Of a DNA stretch of 64,000 bases, positions 28,841 to 38,161 are shown piece by piece. The position numbers and the translations under genes are program-made. Source of the stretch: Rubripirellula sp. (GTDB lineage: Bacteria; Planctomycetota; Planctomycetia; Pirellulales; Pirellulaceae); assembly GCA_965216875.1 (NCBI GenBank), contig OZ244207.1:5536001-5600000 (forward strand), written 5' to 3'. Positions within the stretch are counted from its first letter, which is position 1; every line of letters begins with the position of its first letter. The notes below the pieces were generated by a model that was not told the DNA's origin, ran no database searches, and was given only the letters and a program-made list of their open reading frames with translations.

Positions 28841-30127
28841 ATGTCTCGTGTTTGCATCTTGAACGTTGTTGGTTTGACCCCAAACCTGCTGCGTCACGCT
28901 CCCAATCTCGCTGCCGTCGGCGACGCCGTCGCATGGAAGAGTCCCGTGCCGGCGGTGACCTGTACGTCACAGGCCACCATGCTGACCGGCCTTGCGCCGC
29001 GCGAGCATGGGATCGTCGGAAATGGCTGGTATTTCCGCGACACCCAAGAAGTCCGTCTTTGGCAACAAGCCAACTCACTGGTGCAAGGCGACAAGTTCTA
29101 CGACGGCGTCGAAACGGCCAAGATGTTCTGGTGGTTCAACCAATCCTCTGGAGTTCGCTACAGCGCAACACCAAAGCCTCACTATGGCTGTGACGGCTCG
29201 AAGGTTTTTGATGTCCTGGATCACACCGAATGCGAACTGACAAAGAACCTCGGCCCCTTTCCGTTCTTCACCTTTTGGGGACCCAACGCAGGCCTGCCCT
29301 GTTCGGATTGGATCGCTCGCGCCACTGCGTTGGTGATGCGGAAGAAACAGCCGCAATTGACGATGGCCTACTTGCCCCATCTCGACTATGACTTTCAAAG
29401 GCTGCCCGACCACGATCCGCAGCGCGTTGCCGAAATCGATCGCTGTGCCAAGCATGTAATCGAGGCCGCGAAGGACATCGATGCCAAAGTGGTGGTCGTC
29501 TCCGAATACGGGCTCACTCGGGTCGATCGGCCCGTCCACATCAATCGTCAACTACGCCACGCTGGCCTGCTTGGCGTTCGTGGCGGCCCCTTTGGCGAAA
29601 TGCTGATGCCAGGCGAAAGCGACGCCTTTGCCGTCGCTGATCACCAGGTCGCACATGTCTATGTGCGAGATCGATCCAAGATCGAACAAGTCCGCAAGCA
29701 ACTCGAGTCGGTCGACGGGATCGATCGCGTCGTCGATCCGGGCGATTTGGAACTCGATCATCCGCGCAGCGGCGAACTGATCGCTCTCTCGGAACCCGAC
29801 GCTTGGTTCACCTATTACTACTGGCTCGATGACGCATTCGCACCCGACTTTGCGCGAACGGTCGACATCCATCGCAAACCTGGCTACGACCCCTGCGAGC
29901 TTTTTATGACCAGCAAGTTTCGCGCGATGCGCAAACTCGCGAGAAAGAAACTTGGCTTCCGCTACAAGATGGATGTGATTCCGCTGGATGCCCATTTGGT
30001 CCGCGGCAGTCACGGGTTGCTGAACGAAACCGATGACGGACCACTTGTGATCGGCCCCGACACGCCGCCAAGTGACATGAAGGGTTTCAAAGACTATGTG
30101 ACCGCGTTGCTTTCAACCGGAAAATGA
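28841..30127 (+). CDS. Alkaline-phosphatase-superfamily nucleotide pyrophosphatase/phosphodiesterase, EboF-like
   Basis: LNVVGLT, PAVTC (Thr nucleophile), HGIVGNGWY, YLPHLDY, VSEYG, DHQVAHVY, DIHRKPGYDP and GSHG motifs. Confidence 0.85.
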   Translation: MSRVCILNVVGLTPNLLRHAPNLAAVGDAVAWKSPVPAVTCTSQATMLTGLAPREHGIVGNGWYFRDTQEVRLWQQANSLVQGDKFYDGVETAKMFWWFNQSSGVRYSATPKPHYGCDGSKVFDVLDHTECELTKNLGPFPFFTFWGPNAGLPCSDWIARATALVMRKKQPQLTMAYLPHLDYDFQRLPDHDPQRVAEIDRCAKHVIEAAKDIDAKVVVVSEYGLTRVDRPVHINRQLRHAGLLGVRGGPFGEMLMPGESDAFAVADHQVAHVYVRDRSKIEQVRKQLESVDGIDRVVDPGDLELDHPRSGELIALSEPDAWFTYYYWLDDAFAPDFARTVDIHRKPGYDPCELFMTSKFRAMRKLARKKLGFRYKMDVIPLDAHLVRGSHGLLNETDDGPLVIGPDTPPSDMKGFKDYVTALLSTGK

Positions 30128-31119
30128 TCTTCAACGACTTGGTGGAACTCTTCCGCCGTTGAAACGGTCGCCACGTGCGAGCGAAAAAAGCGTGCGCCAC
30201 GTTTGCCTTGTGCGTAACAGCAAGCGTACTTTCGCATGAGCACTGTGCCCTTCTCTTCCCCGAATCGATTGGTCACCAATTCGTAGTGACGCAACATCAC
30301 ATCGCGTTGTTTCTCGAGTGACGGATCGGGTGGGATCGGTTCGCCGCGCAACGCCGCCGCAGCTTGGGCGAACAGCCACGGCTTTCCCAAACAGGCTCGT
30401 GCGATCATCACTCCGTCGACGTCGTAACGCCGAAACGCGTCGACCACCTTTTCAGCGCTGTCCAAATCGCCATTGCCGATCAGTGGAATCGACTTGAGGT
30501 GTTGTTTGATTTCCGAGATGCGATCCCAATCGGCGTGCCCGCGAAACATGTCTTGAGCCGTACGGCCGTGGACAGTCAATGCCGCCGCCCCAGCCTCTTC
30601 GACCACTCGCGCGACCTGGTTGCAATTGACATTGTCACGCGTGCAGCCGAGGCGAATCTTTGCAGTGACCGGAGTCGGGCTGCACGTTTCGACCAAGCGG
30701 CTAATGATCTGATACATTCGCTGCGGCTCACGAAGCAAATAGCTTCCGCTGTGGGCCTTCTCGGTCACCTGGCGCACCGGACAACCAAAGTTGATGTCGA
30801 CAACGCTAACGCGATACTCTTCGGCCAAGCGTTTGCCAACCTTGGCCATGGTCTCGGGATCGTTATCCCAAATCTGGACCGCAAGCGGACGCGCCTCTTC
30901 GGCCACGCCCCACAATCGATCGGGATGCTCGGCTTCGTGTTCATCCAGCCAAACGAACCCGCGTGCGTTGACCATTTCGGTGGCCAACAACCCTGCCCCG
31001 CCAAACTCACGCACGACCTGGCGAAAGGCGGCGTTGGTAAACCCAGCCATCGGCGCCTGCAGAACTGGCGGATCGATCACCAGATCGGCAATTCGTAGCG
31101 GCTCGGGAGGAAAGGCCAT
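30094..31119 (-). CDS. dusB: tRNA-dihydrouridine synthase
   Basis: QAPMAG, DINFGCP, VTAKIRLG, TVHGRT, IGNGD and GVMIAR motifs. Confidence 0.92.
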   Translation of the reverse strand: MAFPPEPLRIADLVIDPPVLQAPMAGFTNAAFRQVVREFGGAGLLATEMVNARGFVWLDEHEAEHPDRLWGVAEEARPLAVQIWDNDPETMAKVGKRLAEEYRVSVVDINFGCPVRQVTEKAHSGSYLLREPQRMYQIISRLVETCSPTPVTAKIRLGCTRDNVNCNQVARVVEEAGAAALTVHGRTAQDMFRGHADWDRISEIKQHLKSIPLIGNGDLDSAEKVVDAFRRYDVDGVMIARACLGKPWLFAQAAAALRGEPIPPDPSLEKQRDVMLRHYELVTNRFGEEKGTVLMRKYACCYAQGKRGARFFRSHVATVSTAEEFHQVVEDHFPVESNAVT

Positions 31120-31188
31120 GAGGAAGCGGCTCTGCGTTCGCGGGCAGTTGGGTCAACCGACACATTCTGACCAAAATCGCGAAACTTT

Positions 31189-31228
31189 GTAGGCCGGATC
31201 AAGGAGCGACAGCGACACAGATCCGGCA
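31189..31228 (+). repeat. REP-like family A copy
   Basis: Matches the 12093-12132 copy almost exactly. Confidence 0.85.
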
Positions 31229-31272
31229 TGATCCCCCACACTCTGGCGAGCGACGGTCTTTTGAATCCCAAA

Positions 31273-31349
31273 CGTAGCTACCGTCGCCAGACGGTGGGGC
31301 TCTCCGCAAAAGCCATCCAACGGACCACGCTCTGGCGAGCGTCGCTACG
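31273..31349. repeat. REP-like family C inverted doublet (CGTAGCTACCGTCGCCAGACGGTGG…CCACGCTCTGGCGAGCGTCGCTACG)
   Basis: Second full copy at 32636-32716, with half copies at 12145-12168 and about 31236-31255. Confidence 0.8.
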
Positions 31350-31371
31350 ACCTGTCAGTCCGGAGTGGCTT

Positions 31372-32433
31372 CTACCATGCACGCGACCAGCTGCCGATCA
31401 CGCTGAAGTCGGTCTCCAACTGAATCCCGTCCAGCTTCTGATAGAGCGTCGGGACGATTTCGAAGTTGAAGTAGTTCTTCTTGATCATCGCTTGGAGACC
31501 AAAACCTTGGCTGTACCAATACCCGCCACGGAAGCTTTCCACGTTGGTCGAAATCAATGCGTTGGCTGCCGACGAATCAGCACCGTCGATATTGGCTCGC
31601 CAAACGTGCTGGCCGCGCCATGAGACTGAGACGTTCTCGGTCAGCAGCACGCTTGTCCACGAATTCAAACGGTACTCTTCGCCCAAGCTGTAGTCGCGAT
31701 AGTTGCGACCGATGGGCAAATCGGTTTGAAACTGAATCCCACAACTGAAGCAATCATAGAACTTCTTGTAGGTGATCCCTGGACGCAGATTGAACGTACC
31801 ACTACCGAGTCGCATTGGATAAGGAAGCGGCTGGAACGCTGCCCCGCCGGTTGGGATCGTGGTTTGACGAAAGATCTCGCCCGTTGGGACGGAGCAACCA
31901 AGATTGAAAACCAAGTCTTCGTCTTCGTCACTGATCAAACGCAACAGAGCACCGAACGCCGTGTCACCAAAGCCACTGTTGTGGGTCGTGAAGTTCGTCA
32001 AGTTGGGACGCAAATGATCCATCGTGATGCTCGGCAACATCACCATCGTGTAAAGCGTGATGTCGTCGGTGGCCCCATACATGATGTGGGCCATGTGCAT
32101 TTCCATCGTCATCTGTGTCGGCGTTGCACCACGGTTGGTCAACACGCCATCGACGGTGATTCCGGGACCAGGCGGTGGTGAGGTCGGCGGAACACCCAAA
32201 GCCGCCGTGTCCGAGACTTTTCTCGACCCGATCTTGTTGTCTTCCATGTACATGTTCATGTACTTGTACTCGACCATCCACTCGCCCTTGTTGTGCAGAT
32301 GGTCTCCCATGATGCCTGCGGGAGCATGCTTGTCAGCCATCGACTTGCGGCCGGGGTGATCGGCGTTTGCGCTCGACGTGAAAACGAGACCTGCTGCGGC
32401 AACGAGCGAGAAAAAGAGGGATGAGATTTTCAT
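31372..32433 (-). CDS. Putative outer-membrane beta-barrel 'transporter' (MetA-pathway-like) with His/Met-rich N-terminus
   Basis: Signal peptide, HAPAGIMGDHLHNKGEWM, SGFGDT, LPYPMRLGSGT, alternating beta-strands and a C-terminal Trp. Confidence 0.72.
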   Translation of the reverse strand: MKISSLFFSLVAAAGLVFTSSANADHPGRKSMADKHAPAGIMGDHLHNKGEWMVEYKYMNMYMEDNKIGSRKVSDTAALGVPPTSPPPGPGITVDGVLTNRGATPTQMTMEMHMAHIMYGATDDITLYTMVMLPSITMDHLRPNLTNFTTHNSGFGDTAFGALLRLISDEDEDLVFNLGCSVPTGEIFRQTTIPTGGAAFQPLPYPMRLGSGTFNLRPGITYKKFYDCFSCGIQFQTDLPIGRNYRDYSLGEEYRLNSWTSVLLTENVSVSWRGQHVWRANIDGADSSAANALISTNVESFRGGYWYSQGFGLQAMIKKNYFNFEIVPTLYQKLDGIQLETDFSVIGSWSRAW

Positions 32434-32635
32434 CTGGAGTCTGGGGTGAGGGTAGGCCAAGTAGACTTATCGAATTCATCGACAGGTCTAATGCCATCAT
32501 CAAGACTTGCTCATTGCGCCCTCAAAGTTTGCCTGACCCAAAGGTGAGAGCGCTGTGAAACACACCGATCGCGGTCGGTAAGGCGCTAGCCGCCGGGAAT
32601 ACAACACACCTACTCTCCGCGACTTCTCAACAGGC

Positions 32636-32716
32636 CGTAGCTACCTTCGCCAGAAGGTGGATTCCATTTGGTAAACCACTTTCCACGATCACCACGCTCT
32701 GGCGAGCGTAGCTACG
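32636..32716. repeat. REP-like family C inverted doublet
   Basis: CGTAGCTACCTTCGCCAGAAGGTGG…CCACGCTCTGGCGAGCGTAGCTACG. Confidence 0.8.
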
Positions 32717-32730
32717 AAGCGTGGAAACAC

Positions 32731-32795
32731 CGTTCGTCGTCCAGCCTTTTGGCAGTCTGTGAAAAGATTCCGGCTAAAGCTCGGTACTACGAACG
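32731..32795. repeat. REP-like family B inverted doublet (…AAGATTCCGGCTAAAGCTCGGTACTACGAACG)
   Basis: Related copies at 3287-3351, 38127-38152 and 44970-45032, with a diverged one at 6835-6886. Confidence 0.78.
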
Positions 32796-32820
32796 GCAGT
32801 CTTTGCAGTACCCGATGCGA

Positions 32821-34605
32821 CTACTCTTCGCTCAACTCCATCCACCGTTCTTCGGCGGCGGTGAGCTCTTCGTTGATCTTGGTCATCTCTTCATGCAAAC
32901 GGACCGCTTCGTCGGGATTGGTCTCGTTCATCAACTTGTCGTTAAGCGCCCGCTTTTCATCGTCGAGCCGAGCAATCTTCTTTTCGAGGTTTTTCACCTC
33001 TTTCTCGGCCTTTCGCTGATCACGTTGGTTTTGTCGGTAGTCGGCTTTTCCCTTAGGTGCGGGGCCACTTGGCGATTTCTGAGCCCCTTTTCCCTTTTGC
33101 GCTCGCTCGCGTTCGCCATCGTCAATCTCTTTTTCGACCGATTCAAGGTACGTGTCGTAGTTGCCAAAGTAGTTCTTCACTTTGCCATCGCGAACTTCGA
33201 TCACGCTGGTCGCAACGCGGCGCATGAAGTGGCGATCGTGACTCGTGAAGATCACCGTGCCCTTGTATTGCTCAAGTGCCTCGGCGAGCGCCTCGACGGT
33301 TTCAACATCCAAGTGGTTGCCCGGTTCGTCCAACACCAACACGTTGGCCGTGCCCAACAACAGACTTGCCATACAGAGTCGGGCGCGTTCGCCACCACTT
33401 AGTACCTTGATCTTCTTTTCGATTTGCTCGTCGCGGAACAACAACGCGCCGGCCATCGCCAAAAGATCCTGGCGTGTTGTCTCGGAATCAGAAGCGTATT
33501 CAAGGTGTTCAATGATCGATTGTCGTTCATCCAGACTTGTGTAAACGTGCTGGGCGTAAGTTCCGACCTCGACGCCATACCCCCACTTCATCATGCCGCC
33601 ACGCGGCTCAAGCGAATGAACCAACGTTCGCAAAAGCGTCGTCTTTCCTTGGCCGTTGTCACCAACGATGGCGGCCCGTTGGCCATGTTCGATTTCAAGC
33701 GTGATCTCATCGGCGACTTGGTGATCGGGATAACCGATCACCAAATCTTCGCATCGCACACAGGTTCCCTGGCGCGGTTGGACGCGAGGTGCGCGAATGT
33801 GCACGGTTGGTTCGTCGACTTCGATCTCGGTCGTTTGCAGTCGAGCAAGCTGTTTCGCCTTGCTGCGCGCCTGACTGGCTGTCGACGCGTTTGCTCGATT
33901 CTTGTCGATAAACCGCTGCAACTGTTTCTGCTTTGCCTGCGTGGTCGCGTTGACCCGTCGATCATGCTCTCGGCGTTCTTCACGAAACTCAAGGAACGGA
34001 TCGATTTTGCCCGGGTACATCGTCAACTTGCCCCGTGACAACTCGAGCGTCTGAGAACAGGTGGCCGACAAAAAGGCGCGGTCGTGACTGACGATCAAAG
34101 CGGCCTTGCGGAAATCACGCAAAAAGTGCTCGAGCAAGATCTGCGTACGAAGGTCCAAGAAGTTTGTCGGCTCGTCCAGCATCAGAAGATTCGGATCGTG
34201 CAACAGCAGCGCCGCCAATTTGACTCGGGTCTGCCAACCACCCGACAGCTCCTTGACGGGGCCTTCGAGGTAGGCCCCCTTGAGCTCGAATTGCCCCGCC
34301 ACTTCACCACATCGCCAATCGGGCTGGCCGCTGTCGCGAATCAGAAAATCGAGGGCTGATTCACCCGCCTGAAAAGGATCGTGCTGGCGCAGGTAACCGA
34401 TCCGCAGCGACGGATGGTGGACCACCTCGCCCTTTTCCAGCTCTTCGTTGCCCAACAAGACTTTCAGCAGGGTCGATTTGCCAGCTCCGTTGCGTCCGAT
34501 GAACCCAACCTTGACGTCATCCACCAGCGAGACTTCGGCGCCATCGAGCAGAATCTGGTCGCCAAAACGCTTGTGCGCATCGCGGACTTGAATGAGAACG
34601 GGCAC
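32821..34605 (-). CDS. ABC-F family ATPase
   Basis: Two ABC domains (GRNGAGKST/LSGGW/DEPTN and GDNGQGKTT/LSGGE/DEPGN), no TM helices, and a C-terminal coiled coil. Confidence 0.93.
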   Translation of the reverse strand: MPVLIQVRDAHKRFGDQILLDGAEVSLVDDVKVGFIGRNGAGKSTLLKVLLGNEELEKGEVVHHPSLRIGYLRQHDPFQAGESALDFLIRDSGQPDWRCGEVAGQFELKGAYLEGPVKELSGGWQTRVKLAALLLHDPNLLMLDEPTNFLDLRTQILLEHFLRDFRKAALIVSHDRAFLSATCSQTLELSRGKLTMYPGKIDPFLEFREERREHDRRVNATTQAKQKQLQRFIDKNRANASTASQARSKAKQLARLQTTEIEVDEPTVHIRAPRVQPRQGTCVRCEDLVIGYPDHQVADEITLEIEHGQRAAIVGDNGQGKTTLLRTLVHSLEPRGGMMKWGYGVEVGTYAQHVYTSLDERQSIIEHLEYASDSETTRQDLLAMAGALLFRDEQIEKKIKVLSGGERARLCMASLLLGTANVLVLDEPGNHLDVETVEALAEALEQYKGTVIFTSHDRHFMRRVATSVIEVRDGKVKNYFGNYDTYLESVEKEIDDGERERAQKGKGAQKSPSGPAPKGKADYRQNQRDQRKAEKEVKNLEKKIARLDDEKRALNDKLMNETNPDEAVRLHEEMTKINEELTAAEERWMELSEE

Positions 34606-35314
34606 GGTCAGGACACAAGTGGGTTGAAGGTTTTTGGACGAAAAATGCCTGCTGGGAAACTAAACGACACCCGCCTGTGCGGCAATGGCAGGCTACCAAG
34701 CTCAACCCCCAATGCACGCGAGTTCGAACAGGTGAGCCGCTGGCCGTGAGTCCCCCGATTACTCGGCAGCAGAACGGGCCAACGGCAGCAGAACGGGCAC
34801 TCACCAGCTGAACCGGCTCTCGCCAGCAAAACTGCCCCTTGGCAGCTGGAGAGCGCAATGCCCGGCCGCTGACGCGGGCGCGGTCCATCTATCGCGATGG
34901 CCAATTCAACGCCCCCGATCGAACACCCCGCCAGCGATCGTGCAGGCGAGATCAAAAGTTGTTGACCGAGCCTACCCTGATCGCGGCGGATTATCTAAAT
35001 TGCTTGGGTCATTTTTAGCGTCGAACTCGCGGACCTTCACTCAGTCGTTTTTTGGCCATTTTTGCGCCAGCAGCGATGCCGGAATCGTGCCAAAAACGAA
35101 TCCGGATTGTCGTGTGCGAGATTCGTTTAGCGCCCGGTTCCACGGACCGGCGTGAGGCCCCGAGCAGGTGCCAAACGGGGGATGACGCGACGACACGAGG
35201 ATGCTTTCCAACGGACACCGATTACAACTCAATGACATCTTCGATTGGATACGATTGATTGTCAGTGGTGCCCTGCCCCATCTAGCCGACTTCTGATTGG
35301 CGTTTGCCATCACC

Positions 35315-38059
35315 ATGAATAGTTATTCCTTGGACTACATCGACGACTTGTATGTCCAATACGTTCGCGACCCCTCGAGTGTCTCCGAGACGTGGCGTCA
35401 ATATTTCGAGCAGTTCATGGTCGCTCGACCAAACGGCTCGGCCGCTGCCGACGGCGGCAAGACGAGCGGCTCAAAAGAGATCGACCAAACGCTCTGGCTT
35501 TCGCGTATCCAAGATCGCGTCAACAACCTGGTTCGCGAGTACCGCGTGCGCGGCCACCTTGTTGCGAACCTCGATCCACTTGGATTTGGTCGGCCTGACA
35601 GCCCCCAACTCAATCCCGAGGTCTACGGGCTAAGTGACGAAGACCTGCGTCGCCCCTTCGATTCTTCCGCTCTCGAAAACGTCATCGGCGGAACACTTGA
35701 ATCGATTCTGACGCGTTTGAACAACACATACTGCCGCAGCATCGGCGCGCAATTCATGCACATCGACCGTCGCAATATCCGCGACTGGTTGCAGCGGCGG
35801 ATGGAAACGACAGAGAACCGCCTTGAACTCTCGCACGATGTGCAACGTCGTATCTACGCACGACTTGCCGATGCATCGATCTTTGAAGAGTTCGTGCGGC
35901 GCAAGTTTGTCGGCGCGAAAACCTTCTCGCTCGAAGGAGCCGAGAGCCTCATTCCGATGCTTGACTTGGCGCTCGAAAAAGCATGCCAACACAATGTCAA
36001 AGAAGTCGTGATGGGGATGGCCCATCGCGGCCGCTTGAACGTCATGGCAAACATCTTGAAAAAGCGCGCCATGAACATCTTCTGGTCGTTCGACGACCCG
36101 AACCCCGAGATGAACCGGGGTGGCGGCGACGTGCGTTACCATCTCGGTTACAGCAGCGACTGGAAAACCGCTTCAGGCGACAACCTGCACATCTCGCTGT
36201 GCTTTAACCCCAGCCACCTCGAGTTCGTCAACACGGTCGCCCAAGGTCGAACGCGTTGCAAACAAGACAAGGTTGGCGACGAGAAACGCCAGGAAGTCCT
36301 GACCATCCTGATCCATGGCGACGCGGCCTTTGCCGGCGAAGGCATCGTTCAAGAAACGCTCAACCTGAGCCAACTCGAAGGCTATCGCACCGGTGGCACA
36401 CTGCACATCGTCATCAACAACCAAATCGGATTCACGACTGAACCCGACCAGGGCCGTAGCACCACCTACGCGACTGACATCGCCAAGATGCTGCAGATCC
36501 CCGTTTTCCACGTCAATGGCGAGGACCCCGAGGCGGTCGCTCAGGTCGTTTCGCTGGCGATGGACTTCCGCAAAGAATTCCATCGCGATGTTGTGATTGA
36601 CCTGTACGCGTTCCGGCGCTGGGGACACAACGAAGGGGACGAACCGCGGTTCACTCAGCCGCGAATGTATTCCGAAATCGACCGCCGCGCTAGCGTTCGC
36701 GAAAACTATCTCGCAAGCCTGCTTGAGCTTGGCAAAATCAGCCCGCAAGAAGCCGAAGAGATTCAGAAAGAGCGAACGGAAAAACTCGAGTCTGAATTCG
36801 AGGCCAGCAAAAACGAACCTTTCGTTCCCGACACGCAAACGCTTTCGGCCGATTGGAGCGAGTACTTCGGTGGTCTCGAACCAACCGACCCCACCGACAC
36901 AACGTTCGATGCCGCCGAGCTAGGCCAGTTGCTTGATTCGATCACTCGGCTACCCAACGCGTTCGCTGCAAACAAAAAGCTTCGCCGCCCGATGGCTCAG
37001 CGCCGCGAGATGGCCGAAGGCAAACGCCCGCTCGACTGGGCAAGTGCTGAAGCCGCTGCGTTTGCGAGCCTGCTCGCGCATGGCTATCCCATTCGCTTGA
37101 CCGGCCAAGATGCCCAGCGCGGCACGTTCAGCCAACGTCACGCCGTGCTGCATGATCCCCAATCGGGCGAAACCTACACGCCACTGGAAAACCTTGGCGT
37201 CGAACAAGCCACTTTCGAGATTCACAACAGTCCGCTCAGCGAAGCGGGCGTTCTCGGTTTCGAATACGGTTACTCACTTGATTGCCCCGACGGGCTGGTC
37301 GCTTGGGAAGCACAGTTCGGAGACTTCTGGAACTGCGCCCAAGTCATCGTCGACCAATTCATCGCAAGCGCCGAAGACAAGTGGAATCGTCTAAGTGGCC
37401 TGGTGATGCTGCTGCCACATGGGTTCGAAGGCCAAGGCCCTGAACACTGCAGCGCTCGCGTCGAACGCTTCCTTTTGATGGCGGCCGAACACAATATCCA
37501 AGTCTGCCAACCCACCACGCCGGCTCAGTACTTCCACCTGCTTCGTCGACAGGTTCTCCGCAAATGGCGCAAGCCGCTTGTTGTGCTCACGCCCAAGAGC
37601 TTGCTTCGCCATCCGATGGTGATCAGCTCCATGGATGAACTCACCGATGGCAGTTTCCAAAAAATCCTGCCCGATGATGAGATCGCGCTCAGCGATTGCC
37701 GACGTTTGATCCTCTGTACCGGCAAGGTCTACTACGACCTCGTGGAAGCCCGCAAGAAACGCAAGATCAAAGGGCTCGGCATCATGCGAATCGAACAACT
37801 CTATCCGCTCAGCGGTGACGAGTTGCTCACTGCACTTGATGGGCTTGCAGGTGGGACCGACGTCTATTGGGTCCAGGAAGAACCGACCAACATGGGCGCG
37901 TGGCCGTATTTGAAGATGAACTACGGCGATTTGCTGAACGAAAAATACAAACTGCAACGTATTTCGCGTGCCGAGTCAGCCAGCCCGAGTACCGGCAGTA
38001 TGGCTGCCCACAAGCTGGAGCAATCCGAGCTGATCGACGAAGCCCTCGCCGGACTCTAA
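35315..38059 (+). CDS. sucA: 2-oxoglutarate dehydrogenase E1 component
   Basis: FSLEGAE, GMAHRGRLN, GDVRYHLG, NPSHLE, HGDAAFAGEG, WEAQFGDF and LPHGFEGQGPEHCSAR motifs. Confidence 0.97.
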   Translation: MNSYSLDYIDDLYVQYVRDPSSVSETWRQYFEQFMVARPNGSAAADGGKTSGSKEIDQTLWLSRIQDRVNNLVREYRVRGHLVANLDPLGFGRPDSPQLNPEVYGLSDEDLRRPFDSSALENVIGGTLESILTRLNNTYCRSIGAQFMHIDRRNIRDWLQRRMETTENRLELSHDVQRRIYARLADASIFEEFVRRKFVGAKTFSLEGAESLIPMLDLALEKACQHNVKEVVMGMAHRGRLNVMANILKKRAMNIFWSFDDPNPEMNRGGGDVRYHLGYSSDWKTASGDNLHISLCFNPSHLEFVNTVAQGRTRCKQDKVGDEKRQEVLTILIHGDAAFAGEGIVQETLNLSQLEGYRTGGTLHIVINNQIGFTTEPDQGRSTTYATDIAKMLQIPVFHVNGEDPEAVAQVVSLAMDFRKEFHRDVVIDLYAFRRWGHNEGDEPRFTQPRMYSEIDRRASVRENYLASLLELGKISPQEAEEIQKERTEKLESEFEASKNEPFVPDTQTLSADWSEYFGGLEPTDPTDTTFDAAELGQLLDSITRLPNAFAANKKLRRPMAQRREMAEGKRPLDWASAEAAAFASLLAHGYPIRLTGQDAQRGTFSQRHAVLHDPQSGETYTPLENLGVEQATFEIHNSPLSEAGVLGFEYGYSLDCPDGLVAWEAQFGDFWNCAQVIVDQFIASAEDKWNRLSGLVMLLPHGFEGQGPEHCSARVERFLLMAAEHNIQVCQPTTPAQYFHLLRRQVLRKWRKPLVVLTPKSLLRHPMVISSMDELTDGSFQKILPDDEIALSDCRRLILCTGKVYYDLVEARKKRKIKGLGIMRIEQLYPLSGDELLTALDGLAGGTDVYWVQEEPTNMGAWPYLKMNYGDLLNEKYKLQRISRAESASPSTGSMAAHKLEQSELIDEALAGL

Positions 38060-38062
38060 CCA

Positions 38063-38103
38063 GTAGGCCGGCATCAAGGAGCGACAGCGACGCGGATCCG
38101 GCA
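38063..38103 (+). repeat. REP-like family A copy
   Basis: GTAGGCCGGCATCAAGGAGCGACAGCGACGCGGATCCGGCA, starting 4 nt after the sucA stop. Confidence 0.82.
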
Positions 38104-38161
38104 TGAGTGGAGCCGGCTAGGACTAAGCCGGCTAAAGCCTGTACTACGAACGGTCGGCAGC

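Noticed and set aside
31189..32795. Clustered repeats as a CRISPR array
   Set aside because: The repeats are palindromic, mixed-family and inverted, without regular unique spacers, and there are no cas genes. They fit REP-like elements.
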